Below are positions 11,032 through 23,664 of a stretch of 64,000 bases of DNA, piece by piece. Location: the NCBI GenBank assembly GCA_017654855.1, contig CM030333.1:3100001-3164000 (forward strand), read 5' to 3'. Both the position numbers and the translations under genes were made by a program. The notes under the pieces are model-generated. The model saw only the letters and a program-made list of their open reading frames with translations, was not told where the DNA came from and made no database searches. This DNA is from Podospora anserina (taxonomy: Eukaryota). Numbering within the stretch: position 1 is the stretch's first letter; each line of letters starts with the position of its first letter.

Positions 11032-11648
11032 CTACTCCTTCTGCTCCACAGGCACAACCATAACCTCAGCAGCTTTATACTGCTCCTGAATCTCATTCTG
11101 GCTCTGCTCCCCAGACACCCTCAGCTCAGCCTCCTTATCCATCTGCACGATGTCACAGCACCCGCAGCAGCACGCCAAGGCAACATCCACCGCGCAGCTA
11201 CCCTGAAGGTTGTACTTGGCTCGGAAATCCGCTCTCTGAATCGCCATGGGAAGCCACTGCATGCAGACAGCTGTTGAACCGCAGAATAGAAGGCACTACA
11301 GATCATGTCAGCAACCTGTCATCCGAGAGAAAGCCTGGAACATACCGAAGTGTTAATAGGCTCATAGCCCCTCAGACTAGCGCTCTTGTTCACCCTGTGA
11401 TGTGTCCTGCCAAACACGACACACGGCAAGCACCAAGTCATAAGACATGTCTCGAGCGGATTAACAAAGTTCCAGAAGTTGTGTGTCCATGGCTGAGCGG
11501 TGGCGGGCGACTTGGAGTTGAAGTGCTCGGAGGGTGCGGCGAAGACTTTATTGAACTTGTCTTTCCACTCGGCCACGTCGGCGTCAGAGATGGGACCGGT
11601 GGCCTGGGTCGAAGGGGTAGCAGTGGCTTGGGGGGCGGGAGCGGCCAT
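11032..11648 (-). CDS. PLAC8-family cysteine-rich protein, 2 exons
   Basis: CLMTWCLPCVVFGR and RAKYNLQGSCAVDVALACCCGCCDIVQMDKE are PLAC8 signature motifs. Confidence 0.9.
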
Positions 11649-12334
11649 TTTGATAGAATTAGAAAATAAGGTGTATGTAAGTGGCGTAAAAGGCCGGGTA
11701 TCTTTGCTGGTAAAAGGAGAAGAGAAAAAGAGCGATGAGAACGATTGTGGTAAGACTGTTGCCGAGAATAATAGAAGAAATGCTGATCAGTGACAAAGGC
11801 CCTTCTCCCACATCTTATACACCATCAACATTGGTGACCCTGACTGTCCGATTAAGATGAACTGGGTGACCAACTTGCACCCAAGACGCCCATATCCCGC
11901 ATGTGGCTGGCTCTGCGACTTGGCTTTCCTCCTTGCCTGCTCACACCCCGGGCAGCCACCACCAACAACATGCCACCGTCTGACTCGAAAGGTCGCGATT
12001 ATCCCGGAAACATTTCTCAGTTTCTGCGAGTGGTTCGTTTGCTGATTGGTCCTCGAATTTGTGAACAGGGGAGAGTGGAGATGAACAGGGCTGCCACAAC
12101 CTGCTTGGCGAGTTCTTCTTCTACCCCGGACAGGGCTGAGACGCTGGGACTTTGGAGCCAAGTCCAAAACACTCTAGCGGCTAGGTTCCAGCCGAACACC
12201 AGGTCGCTAAACCGTTCATTAGCTTGGAGGCCTTCTCGAAGTTGGTGATAATGAACGAGATTGAAGGATGGATAGGATGACGTGAAAAAAACTTTGACTA
12301 TGGAGTACACCCTTCCTTTCAACTCCCCTGACCC

Positions 12335-14469
12335 CTATTTTGCCCTTGCTCGTGTAGTAATAATCGTTTCTCCTGCACTTCCCCGGTCGAACTGAACCAA
12401 CACATCCCGCGCGCTATCTTTCAACCGCTTCTCTGTGTCCCTGACTTCTATGACCGATTGCTTCACCTCAACTTCGTAATCGACCACTTGAGAGCCACGC
12501 TTGATAGACACCTTGCTACTGCTCCCATCTTCCTCCCAACCCGGAATTCTATGCTTGAGCAATGCCAACGCGGAACTCTTGTACAGCGGTTCGTCTTTGG
12601 TCATCATAATCGTGAGAGCCAGCAGCCCGGTAGCCATAAGTGTCTCGACCACAAAGAGAGTCAACCAGGGCCAATGAACTTGAATGTAAGCTTCGTTAAC
12701 GAAGACATCCCCGGGGATCAGGGTCAGGTTGGCATTGTCTCCGGGGTTCTTGGCTCGCATCTGCGTAGAAACACTGGCAGCTATGTTGGAAGTAAATATC
12801 TGCAGGTCGGTATTGGCGAGGTAATGATCGAAAGGGATAAGAATGTTCAGTCCGATGGGTTGTGCCGAATCCATGGCGGCTGCGCCAATTTGGTCCAACT
12901 CGACAGCCATTGATCGCACGTACAGAACCTGTGCAAATGCGGTGATGATTTCTTCAGATATAGCCTCAATCATTGTATACTAGCGTTGGGCATCGTCCTC
13001 CGCCGAATATATCAGGGTTGTGTGAAATTGAGGAGGGTCGTCCCGAATGGACCCATCCGCGGAACTGGGCGAGGCAGGCAACTTGGTCTTCTTATGGAGC
13101 GGTTTGAGTGGTACAGTCGTAGGGCTATTAGTTGTATCAGAACATCTGAATTTGACTGAACGTTTGTGAAGGTTTGTTGGCACCAGTAGAACCTGGATTG
13201 GTAGAGGTGAATGCGCCCTGCATCTGGCTTCCAAAGTCCTTCGCTTTGCGCAACAGAGAATGAAGCACTCATCCCACCGATGGGATCTAAATGACGAGAC
13301 ATACCAGAGGAAAGAAAAGTAAGTCCATCTACATCTTCCCATGTCCTACCATAAGGTAAATCCCACTTAAAATCCACAGGTCGCGGATCTATTCTGGAAT
13401 TGGTATTCGGAAAGTCTACCCAGCTGTGGTCTTATCAGTTAATTAAATTGTGAGGCGAAAAAATCTACTACACTTACCATGTACCATTTCGCTTATCCTC
13501 GCTTATATCGCATAACGGCGTCAAGGTACCAGTTAGGTTTGCAAAGGTTGAGCAAAGCCCCATAGTTGTGACTACCGGCCAGAAGCATCGTGACGCGTTG
13601 GGTGGGCAATGGAATGTTGGGGGCGAGACCTGCCCAAACATGCCGTTAAGGTACGCAACCCTGGACAAGGCATGGTTTAGATTGAAATCTTTAGACATTT
13701 TGTCCTGAATTTTCCCTTCACCAGACGCCCATAGGTTAGCATCTTGAACTTAGGCAATCAGAAAAAACATCGGTTGACAGAATTACCTACATGAACTTGC
13801 CCACTTCGGACGCCCCTCTGAGACATAAGCATTGGCGACCCCTAGTTGGGCAGTGGCTCCCTCGAGCTTGGTCTCCCTGTTAGAAACCTTGAGCACCTGT
13901 TGTGTACTGGGGTCGATCCCCAATGCCAAAATGGTGATCAAAGACAGAAGCAAAGCGGTGTAGGCAGGTGATCTTATTTTGCCGAAAAAGACAGAAGCAC
14001 CCCAAGGTCCTCGACTTGCTTCGTCAAAGACTTGCATGTTTCGCAATAGGCGTTCGCCGGTATAAAAGTGCCGCCACTTGAGCTGGCCTAGGCAGGCTGT
14101 GATAGCCACCATCATCGAGGATTTTCCCAGCGTAGTAAAGATAGATATAAGGGCGTTCGGTTGAATAGCTAATGACCAAGCGTCCAGCGCTAGGCCGTCG
14201 ATCTTGCTCAGGATTGAAACCACCATGACAGTAGACAGGACTGTGACGGTGGCAGCACGGATTTCCCACCACCACCACCCACGACGAGTTTGTGAGGCGC
14301 CATTGTTGCTTCTAATGAAAGTTAGCCATGCTTTCGTTCGTTTATTGGATGCATATACTCATTCTAGCTGGCTATATGAACCACCGTGGTGCTGCATCTC
14401 CGCCAGTACTTTGTGCCGTGCAAGTCGTCCCTGTTTACCTTGAAATTAAACAGACACATTTGATGGCAT
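12335..14469 (-). pseudogene. DUF3176-like fungal membrane protein gene with stops and a frameshift
   Basis: WWWEI, PNALISIFTTL, LGQLKW, FDEASRGPWGA, YIQVHWPWL, PLYKSSALALL motifs; TAA/TGA near the start, TAG at 12980, frame change ~13140. Confidence 0.75.
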
Positions 14470-14883
14470 TCTTATCATAAACCCTTTCTTATACCAAAAC
14501 AAATCTTTTTTTCGAACGTAAAGGGCTGGGATTGTTGTGTTACCCGAGCCTCGGACCAGATATTGCTCATCGCACTTGTTGCGGGCGGAGCTTCTGGCCA
14601 GTGCGGCGCTGTCCCTGTTCACAGCTACCAATTGGACGATTCGCATTTTGAATAGATTGTAGGTTGCTATCAGCGGCTAAGAGGCTCGATTGATGCGTTT
14701 GGCGGACATCAAACCTTCGCCCCCAATCGATGCCCACCTTCTATGTTCTGGGTGCTGACCGGGGGCAGGTGAGAGCCAGTTGGTTGCCGCCCCGACAGAA
14801 ATTGTCAACATTGGATAGCCTTTATCTAAGCTGCTCCTGTCCACCATCTAACCGTTGGATATCCTTCACCTGAGCTTCTCCCC

Positions 14884-16167
14884 TTAATCCTGACTATCCA
14901 CCTCTCTTCCCTTAAGCTCAGCACAGCTCTTTGGCGGAAAGTAAACGACAGTCTTGATCATCTCGGCGACCTTGGTATTATTAACCGCATTGATATACTT
15001 GACCTTTCTCAACCCAGGCGGCATCAGCGCTGCCTGATAGGGGCGGATATACCCGTAAAAAAGCGAGTGGTACGATGTGTCGACATCGACATAAACTAGA
15101 TATTTGAAACACTCAGTCAGCAAATGTCAGTCTTCTTAATATCAGAATTGGGAAATATACCCTCCACCTCATCCAAAACAACCGCTTCCCGATTAACTAT
15201 CACCGCCGCAGCAGTCTCATCCCAAAACGGCAGATAAGTAGGCTGATTCGCCCTAACTAACCTACTCAAAGGGTTCTCATTCACCGCCACCAGCTCATCA
15301 AGAAATGCCTAATCCGGTATCACCCCATTAGCAGAATTAGCCACAAGCGTGATGTTCGGAAAGTCAGCCGTAAGCGTAATCTTAGTTACTTCAGGGTCAA
15401 CGATGAAGTTGATCTGCCACCCATATCAGCATCGAGAACCTCACTTCAACAACAACAACAACTTAAAACTCACATCCGAAACCAAATCGGCCTGCAGAAC
15501 ATCCCCTATAGCCTAGTACAGGAAACGATCCACATACCCCCCCATGCTATACAACCCAGCTATATTTTTCGCAAAGTCTGGATCAAGCCTCACCGCCAGC
15601 GCGACGTTTGTCAGAGCCCCGGCTGAGAATATGCTCACTTATCCTGGATTCTCCCTCACGGCCCTGACCATAACTCCGCTACTGAGCCCTCTGCGAAACT
15701 CACATTAGAGTAGCCATAATACCCCTTGGTAGTAAAAGCTTCCTTCGCCACCTTCTTAGGTCACCAGAGGTGGGATCATTTCCCAATTTCTCATTTGTCG
15801 TGTTTTCTTTTGCAAACACCCCTTTCCACGGTAACTCCCCATAGAGAAGCTCATAATTCTGGAAGATATACGCTGTTTGCATAAGGGGGTAGTCAGACCC
15901 CTTGTAGACGGAAATGCAAGAAGACAAGGAGGTAATCTCGAGAGAGGCAAGAGCGTGGAGGCCGGTTTGGAGAGCCCAGGAGTTGGCTGTATCGGAGGCT
16001 AGACCGAGGACGGTGTAGTTGTAGTATAGGGGAAGGAGCAAAGCGATGAAGGTAGTGGGGTTCCAGTCGTTATCGAGGATTATCTTTTTCTGGCTGGTAG
16101 TTGAGCTAGTGGGCAATAATAGTAAGCCTATAACGAGGAACAAGAACTGATAGCGAGGCTGCAGCAT
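14884..16167 (-). pseudogene. Secreted inosine/uridine-preferring nucleoside hydrolase family, RIP stops
   Basis: Signal peptide, KIILDNDW, GALTNVALA, MGG, NFIVDPE, PFWDE motifs; TAA/TAG stops at Gln positions. Confidence 0.85.
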
Positions 16168-16619
16168 CGTGACTGAAGACGAGATGAGTATATAATACCT
16201 TCGTTAAGTTAGGATAATTAAAATAAATACATCTTTTAGTGCAAAGAATATATTAAAGGAAAGAAATTAGATAGTAAGATATTTCTTATTCGTGGGACGA
16301 TAAGTACGAGTGCAATGCTGATCTATATACAAGAGCGAGATAAGTATTCCTTCGGGAATAATAAAGTAATTAAGAGAACAACGACGAGAGTGTGATAACG
16401 AGTAGACTTAAAAGAAAAAATGCTTATCTGGGCTGAGCTGTAGATAGTTAAGTTAGTTTTCCTGCTGCTTATGATTCTCTGGCATATGCATGGGGACCGG
16501 GCCTCAGTAATTACCTTCGATAGCACACTATAATAGTCAGCAACGCTAAACATAAAATGTAATGCTATTAGTCTATCCAAATGTCTATGCTACTACTCCT
16601 CAAGAACTAGTCCTATGTT

Positions 16620-16880
16620 AAAAGGCCGGTCTTTTCGGAAGATGTAAATCTCGCCAATCAGGACGGTACAGCCCACGCTCATCGCGATCGCAATGATAGG
16701 AAGATTTACCCGCGCAAAGTTAAGCCGCCTGACGTGAATATGTTTCTTGGCCAGGATATTACGCTAGAGTAACCCGGCGAGAGAGGCGCTAATAGCTACC
16801 CTAAAAGCCCCGTAATTCACGCCAAGGGCTATACTGTAGATCGTGGCGTAGTATGTTCGCTCGCTGATGGGAATCCCCGC
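16620..16880 (-). pseudogene. C-terminal fragment of a fungal ArsB/NhaD-like transporter
   Basis: Hand translation IPISERTYYATIYSIALGVNYGAFRVAISASLAGLL*RNILAKKHIHVRRLNFARVNLPIIAIAMSVGCTVLIGEIYI. Confidence 0.7.
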
Positions 16881-18283
16881 CCTGTTTGCTGCCGACTTCC
16901 TCTTCTGATTCACCGATGTGCTTAAAGGAGCCGAGTCCTAGATTTCAACCATGAGGCTCTATCATCACCACCTGCATAATAACCATATATATTTCCCCTG
17001 ATGGCGCTATCACCCCCCTCTTCTTTTTATTCCACCTCTTACTGCTATTCCAGCCACTCTAAATCTGCCTTGATGCTTTACTTCTTTTAAACGAGCTTAT
17101 TTTCCGGCACTGTAAGGACATGCCCGCGTTTCCGCCGCTTTTACACGCCTATAACCTTATTGCCCGCAATACCACCGCCGACATTGTGCTACCAGTACTT
17201 GCAGCTGCAGTAACCACCCCTGCTCCATGACTGAAGCTTTTAAATACTATAATCCAAGCTTATAGAATCCATAGTCCAAACTTTAACTATATCTTTCAAG
17301 CCAAAGTCAAATATTATTAGAAAGGTCGTCTCTTTCGGTAATCTTACCTCGGTATCAAAATAGCGGCTAAAGTTTTCCCCAATAAAGTCAACTTCCTTAT
17401 AAAATAATGAGGGGTAAACCACTATTATTATAGCTTATATAAATACACGGGCCCTAATACAGGGTCTAGAGCTACTAGTAGTTACTAGTATGATCCTCCG
17501 AGCATAGTCACTTGTCGTACCTGGGCTGCGAGGCAGTTAGCGAGAGTTTCTCCTTTTCTCGCTCTATGTGGCTACCAAGACACCTCAGTTCCTATAAGCA
17601 GCTAAAAAAGTCATATAACTAATCTTCCCAGTCTACTTATCCGAGGTGTCGAATAATGACAAAAGTCTTTACAAAGTTCACTCTGTTATCTGAATCTAGA
17701 GATCTAATTTAACCTTTACCAAGAATAATCCACAATACCTACTTCCGTAGATTGGCTTGTCCTTGGGACTAAACTTATATTCAAAGGCTAGTTATACAAG
17801 TCGCTCCATTCATGTCACTCCTTCATTAGACTCCTCGGATTTAAAATCTTAGGTTTATACTCGCTAAATCACAATTATATTACTCTAAGAGACGCGGCCG
17901 GAAACAATTCGATTAGCTAAACCGCTTTTGTATTTAAGTTACCCTGTAAGTATTTCTAATATAAGTGGAGCTATTAAGAAAAAACTTTAGTATAGTTGCC
18001 TATCGAAATATAGAGTCTAACCCCTTAAACTTCTTTAGTTTATTTCTTTACCCTAGTATTTAATAGTTATATCGTTTTAAAGAAATAAAGCTAAGCTTAC
18101 TAAAAATATTAATATATTTGTTATTAAGCTTGGGTGATCCTAGTAGGTAGGTATATATAATTCTAAGACCTACCTGCTGGAAGGAAATACCTATATCTAT
18201 AAAGTCTTAAAGACATCCCTCTCTCTAAAGAACATGAAGCCTTATCCCCATTACTCTCACTACACTTACCTACCCCCTTCACT

Positions 18284-18920
18284 ATACGCCTCTCCACCTT
18301 CCTCCTCGCTTCCCTAACCGGTCTAGCTACCGTAAACTTCGACTTCTATTTAGGCTACTAAGTTTTCGGCGTCGATAGCGGCGCCCACCTCTTCGACGGC
18401 TAATATATTTTCGACAATAACCCCAATATTAACGACGTTCGTTCTTTCTCCCCTTTTTATCCCCCCCCTCTTTTTATAACTAACCACCCCCTCCTTTTAG
18501 GTCTTCGCCTACGGCCCCTACCTCTCCCAAAACGACGTTTTAGGCCGTACGACTGGCGTGCGATGTGCCGGTAGCGGCTACTACGGCGGTGCCGCCACTA
18601 ACATCAACGTCCTCGAGATACATTTCAGCAATAATCCCCTTTACTACTAGAGTAAGTCCCCTTTCCCCTCCTCCTTTTCCCCTTCCACTTTATCCAGAAA
18701 GCCCTGGCTGACAATACCCCCCTTCCCCCCTAAAGCCATCTATAAAGATAGAGGTTATCCCTACAAAATATACGGCCTCGACGGCAGAACTTACGGGGAG
18801 TGTATCCTCTTTCCCGGCGTTAACTTCCACCATTTGAGGTTCGCCGAGACCCGGAGTGGCGTCCGCAAGTTTCGCTATTTGACGTAGTTTACTACTGCGC
18901 AGATTAGGGCTGGCAGATAG
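18284..18920 (+). pseudogene. RIP-killed small secreted protein gene, 3 exons
   Basis: ATA (ex-ATG) RLSTFLLASLTGLAT.NFDFY signal-like start; ...EIHFSNNPLYY*TIYKDRGY...GRTYGECILFPG...RKFR; TGG->TAA/TAG and TGT->TAT changes. Confidence 0.75.
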
Positions 18921-19544
18921 GTAGGTAGGGAAATTTCTACTACTCTACTAAGAGAGGGAGTGATGCTCTGGTGAATCTAAGCTTGGGAATATTACGGGTA
19001 GATAGTTATTGTTCCTAGAAATTAAATTAATAGTAGAGGTAAATATAGACTATAACCTTAAAAGCTCTCACTATACTGTACCTTGGAGTTCCGCACGCTA
19101 TACTTTATATTATTTCGATTACTATAGTTTAATCTAGCTCGATGCCCTCATTTCACTTAATATCCAGGCCATCTAAGTTTCATATATATATTACACAATT
19201 ATTTATATCTTATAACCAAAAGTCATTACATTATAACCAAAAACTGCCTCCCACATTGATATGCAGCCCAAAGGAAGCTAGAACAGAGAAATCCGCAACC
19301 AATCACATATTCCAAAAAAGATCGCTTTCCAAACGCCCATTATCCAAAACTCTTCTTTAACTCGCTTCGCTTCGCTTACTTGGTTCAAATGGTCGCTCAA
19401 GTCAAGTAGCCAACATAGCCTTCATCAACCTCGGAGGAGGACCTGTATCACATCAACCAACGAGTCAGCTTCCGCATCCTCAACGCCATAAAAGTGAACT
19501 GCAGTTAAAGGAAAACGCACCGAATCCGGCAAACCGAGCACCCG

Positions 19545-20280
19545 TTACCGGTTCCTCGGCACGCTGATAGACATCCTACCTCGTTTATCCTTCTCGATTC
19601 TCACTCCTCCCCTCGCCGGCTCCTCAATCGTCTCAATTTCTTCCTCGTATAGCACCAGCTCGCCTGTCGACAACTGCTCCGCCCTGACCAGGTCGCCGCG
19701 GCTGCCGTGGCGCGAGTGCCTGGACTTTGATCGTTCGCGACGGGCTAGCTGCCGTTCCAGATGCCGAATCTCGGATCGCAAGTCATCGTTGTCATCGTAG
19801 CGCCAGGTATCCCGAGGAGGCTCAACAAGCGCCACCTCCCGTGGGCGAGCATCGACGATTACTGTGGGCGGACCCCTGGGTGTGAGAGAGGTGTCATATG
19901 ACGTGGTTGTGCCATATGAAGTTGTGTCGTACGAGGTGGTCGTGTTGGACCGTGCCGGGGACTGCTCGCGAATCGTGGTTGTCTTGACCACCTCGACAGG
20001 AGGGGCTGGTGCGGGCGCGGGCTGGGCGTTGATGATGATAGGACCGTTACCGGCTGGGGCCGGTGGGTGTTGATGGTGGTAGTGCACGGCAGGGGGAGGA
20101 GCCGTGGTGTGGTACTCGACAATCTCTGTTCGACGTTCCTCAATGATATCACCAGCGCTGGATCGCGCGGCCATGATCTCCAACTCGCCTGGGAATGTTA
20201 CTTTTTTGTCCGGGTAGGGGAGTAACGGGGTGGGCGTATTCTTCTTGTAATCATCGCTCAGATTCAGCAAGTCGTCAATA
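19545..20280 (-). pseudogene. 3' portion of a conserved fungal hypothetical gene (…IDDLLNLSDDYKK|ELEIMAARSS…RIEKDKRGRMSISVP); apparently 5'-truncated, could be expressed from ATG 20174
   Basis: Open 241-codon frame; apparent intron with a mutated donor (atacgc) and cccag acceptor; upstream sequence belongs to another gene. Confidence 0.55.
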
Positions 20281-20282
20281 CT

Positions 20283-20603
20283 TTATATCAAGCAGGGCGG
20301 CACCTAGATACTATGGTAAGCAGACGGATTTAGACTCTATGTTTTGGGTATGTTAACGTACGGTCCTGTTCCCAGACCGCAACCAAGACTTTTTTCTTCC
20401 AGTAGTTATAGCTTTGGTGAGAAATTCTGCCATCTCGCAAAGCCCTGCGAAGCCTGTGTTGATTTCATTGGCATGACCTTCAGCACACGCTGCTCGTATT
20501 TCTTCTTAATCATACGTGATAGCTCCCATGATGATTTAACTGCAGTCACCAAGCCCGTAAGAGCGGCAGCTGATGCCAAGGAACTAGGAAGATATGACGC
20601 CAT
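20283..20603 (-). pseudogene. Small hypothetical protein gene with N-terminal amphipathic/hydrophobic helix, frameshifted
   Basis: MASYLPSSLASAAALTGLVTAVKSSWELSRMIKKK; alternate frame continues LRRALRDGRISHQSYNYWKKKVLVAVWEQD then GTACGT donor. Confidence 0.6.
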
Positions 20604-20972
20604 ACGCGAAAAAGTAAGGTGTTAGCTATGAAAAATGGAATGTGGGTAAGTTGGGGTGTTAGTTAAGACGAGTAGCTGTTATATAAGGATTCGCCTGGAC
20701 TTTGATTCACAAATGATTCGAACTTAAACTGGTTAATTTGGACATTTCGGAAATCCAATATTAAGCTGACAGGGCCAGGGTGGCCTCGCTCGGTACCGAA
20801 ACCCAGTCCTCAACACACCCCACCCAAATTGGCAACGGATTTCCCTCGACCAGGAAGAACATTTCCTTCTAATTGTTTGGCAGAGCTACAAACAAATACA
20901 CGTCTATAAGAAGTACTTCTTAACCATTGCATCTTCCCACCACGCCAGACTTTACCGATTCAGCCACCTTCT

Positions 20973-21704
20973 TCAACTGTCACTATACGGATCAAACTTC
21001 TCATTGTTCTTCGCATCAGCCGGAATAGCCTTGTTCAGAGCATCGCCAAACCGGTCCCTCTTCAAATCCATATGAGCTCTCCCCCAATTATGATTCAGCA
21101 GCCTCCTATTGAACTCGCACGGCATCTTCTCGAGCGCAATCAGCGGCGCCTGTGACCACTTCTTGGTCTCATTTTCAGGAGGGTCATCCTTCTTCTCTGC
21201 CCTCCTCCACGAATGCGTAGTCCACCCACGGTGAGAAACAAACTTGGGGTGAGTCCCGTCAAACAGCACCCCCGATCGGTGAGCAGTGGTGTAGTTTCCA
21301 TGGGCTGACCAGGACACAAAGAAGATTTCGTTGTGGAGAGCCCACACGATAATGTGCTCCCAGTCGTGCGTGTGTGAACCGCCGAGGAAGCCTTCGTCCT
21401 TTTCGAAGTAGTACCCGTAGAGATAGGCGCACCAGTAGTGGTTGCAGCGGGTGCGGACGTAGGTTTGGGAGCGGGCGAGGCGGCCTTTGCGGCAGTTGCC
21501 ATTCTTGAAGGGGACGAGGCCTTCGTTGAGGGTGTAGCCGTCTCTGTCGATGGCGGCGGTGGGGTCGCAGGCGTCGGTGTCGGCGTCGACGTAGGGTTGG
21601 AAGTCGATGGCGCGCTGGTCCGCGTTGGGTGGTAGGGGGTTGAGGAGGTCTGCGCCTGCGAGGGCGAAAGCTCCGAACAGGAGGCCGATGATGGAGGGTT
21701 TCAT
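20973..21704 (-). CDS. Nep1-like protein (NLP/NPP1 family), type-2-like Cys pattern, 243 aa
   Basis: Signal peptide; FQPY..DTDAC, YGYYFEKD, heptapeptide variant SHTHDWE. Confidence 0.92.
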   Translation of the reverse strand: MKPSIIGLLFGAFALAGADLLNPLPPNADQRAIDFQPYVDADTDACDPTAAIDRDGYTLNEGLVPFKNGNCRKGRLARSQTYVRTRCNHYWCAYLYGYYFEKDEGFLGGSHTHDWEHIIVWALHNEIFFVSWSAHGNYTTAHRSGVLFDGTHPKFVSHRGWTTHSWRRAEKKDDPPENETKKWSQAPLIALEKMPCEFNRRLLNHNWGRAHMDLKRDRFGDALNKAIPADAKNNEKFDPYSDS

Positions 21705-22365
21705 GTTGAGAGGATGTGTCTGAAGTTACAGAGACAATGAGAGGTGTGACGAGAAGGATACTAAGATTTGTGTGAGTGAAACTGATGTCTTTTATACATC
21801 AACTGGCTTTGACATGATTGTATGCAATTTGCTGAGCTACCTTATCTTCGCATATCCCTTTCCCGTCGCCTATGTCCGTGTCAACATGCCATCTAGCATA
21901 GTGGAACCGATACTACAGCTGCTTAGCCACCCGAAGGATTTGCCCGACGATAACCGTGGTTGGTCGAGATCATAACTCAGAGCTCGCTTGTACTCAGCGC
22001 TGCATTGTTGTCAGTTCATGATTGTTGCAGCAGCGAATGGGGGATAAGGGGCTGAGTTGATTTGCTGACATTGCCGAAAGCACGCATGCTTACCTCGGTT
22101 TACTCTGGACCTTTGTTGTCTTTTTGGCAGCGGATATCGTCAAAAGAGATGTTTACACCCGAGAAAGAATAAGTCATGAGATATACCTATTCATACAGGC
22201 TGAAGGTGTATATATCAGCAACACCTCTTTCCGCTCAACAGCGTCAAGATCGTTGCGAGCCAACAAGTTTCCACACTCTTCCTACGACTCAACCCCAACA
22301 ACAACCTAGGACTCTCATCTACTCCATCACGCTTATTTCAAATTCAACACATTCACACAATCACA

Positions 22366-22851
22366 ATGCACCTCCCCCAAACCACCCTCCTCCTTCTCTC
22401 CCTCCCCCTGACCCTCACCCAGCGCACCCCCGAAGAAAACCTCATCCTCGCCGACTGCGGCATCGGCCTGGGCCACAACGGCGGCTCCACCTCCCGAGAG
22501 ATGATCTACTACTCCGGCCCCGTCTGGACCGGCAACGGACTCGACACTTATCGCCCAAAGATGATGGTCAACGTCCCCTGGACCGGGGCCTACCCCTGGG
22601 GTCAAAAGGGAGGCGTCTCCGCCACCATGCCCAACGGGGATGTCTTCACAGTGCACATCAACCCCAACATCAAGGACCCGAATGCCGCGGGTGACGCGTG
22701 GCATAAATACGAGCTGGAAAAGCCCTTGAAGTGCTACTCGTATCACTATGACAAGGTTTACCGGCTGGATGATGGGAAGTGGTGTTCAAGTGCGTATGTT
22801 TGTAATCATTTGGGGAGGCCGTATGTGCCTCCCAAGTGTGATGCGCTGTGA
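22366..22851 (+). CDS. Small secreted Cys-containing protein, 161 aa
   Basis: Hydrophobic signal, cacaATG context, coding-type codon bias, ENLILADCG and CSSAYVCNH motifs. Confidence 0.85.
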   Translation: MHLPQTTLLLLSLPLTLTQRTPEENLILADCGIGLGHNGGSTSREMIYYSGPVWTGNGLDTYRPKMMVNVPWTGAYPWGQKGGVSATMPNGDVFTVHINPNIKDPNAAGDAWHKYELEKPLKCYSYHYDKVYRLDDGKWCSSAYVCNHLGRPYVPPKCDAL

Positions 22852-23100
22852 AGGGGGAGTACTAAACTTATTTGGTGTGGAGAGGGCGTTGTTGTAAGGA
22901 CAATACCCAAGTACTTTGAGGAGAATGATAAACAAATAACAATTCTTTTTATTTCTTCGCAATACCGCTGCTGATCATACGTGCGCTGCTAATCGTTACC
23001 TACGCAATTGAATCTCTCACCTCTATCTCCTTCCTACATGAGAGTTATGCCACCTCAGAAAACGAGGTGATTCCTCCCTCTCAGACTCCTCTTCCTCCTT

Positions 23101-23664
23101 TCACACAGGTGGCGCATCTGCCATTTCCGCATCCGAGTCCTCCATTCCCACGTCTGGGTTCCCCCGCTTCACATTCCCCTCCTTCCTTTTCGCATCCCCT
23201 TCCTCCTTTTTCACAGGCTCTTCCGGTTCAGGAGAAAGGTTGCACAGGCTCTCCCAACCTGGTTCTAACAACTGTTTTGCCTCATGCGGGTCGTCTTTCG
23301 CGTCACGCAGGTCGTCTTTAGGCTTCACTTTGAGATTCCCACGCCGCTCCTCAAGACGTGCGACTGCATGCCATCCTTCCTCCTCTGAGTCCTCTCTCAC
23401 ATTCTTGTTGTCATACTGCTTCTCTAGACGACGGTTGAAAGCTCTGAACCTGCCCCTTGTATCCGCAATTATCTGCTCTTGTAGCGTTGGAACTCCCGCT
23501 GTAGGTGCGATCGCGTTGTTCTGTTGCGCTTGTGGTTGCGGTAGGGCTACCGGTCTGTGTTTGCACCTCTTCTCGTGATCATGTCGATATGAATCGGTGA
23601 AGAAGACTCCTGGACGAGTGGAAGATTCGCAACCGCGCCAGCGGCAGGAAAAACGTTCACTCAT
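23101..23664 (-). CDS. Hypothetical protein with N-terminal C2H2-like finger and charged C-terminus
   Basis: MSERFSCRWRGC...HDHEKRC; open frame. Confidence 0.55.
   Translation of the reverse strand: MSERFSCRWRGCESSTRPGVFFTDSYRHDHEKRCKHRPVALPQPQAQQNNAIAPTAGVPTLQEQIIADTRGRFRAFNRRLEKQYDNKNVREDSEEEGWHAVARLEERRGNLKVKPKDDLRDAKDDPHEAKQLLEPGWESLCNLSPEPEEPVKKEEGDAKRKEGNVKRGNPDVGMEDSDAEMADAPPV

Noticed and set aside
17100-18100. AT-shifted degraded coding-like sequence
   Set aside because: Probably a RIPed relic, but no family motif could be recognised
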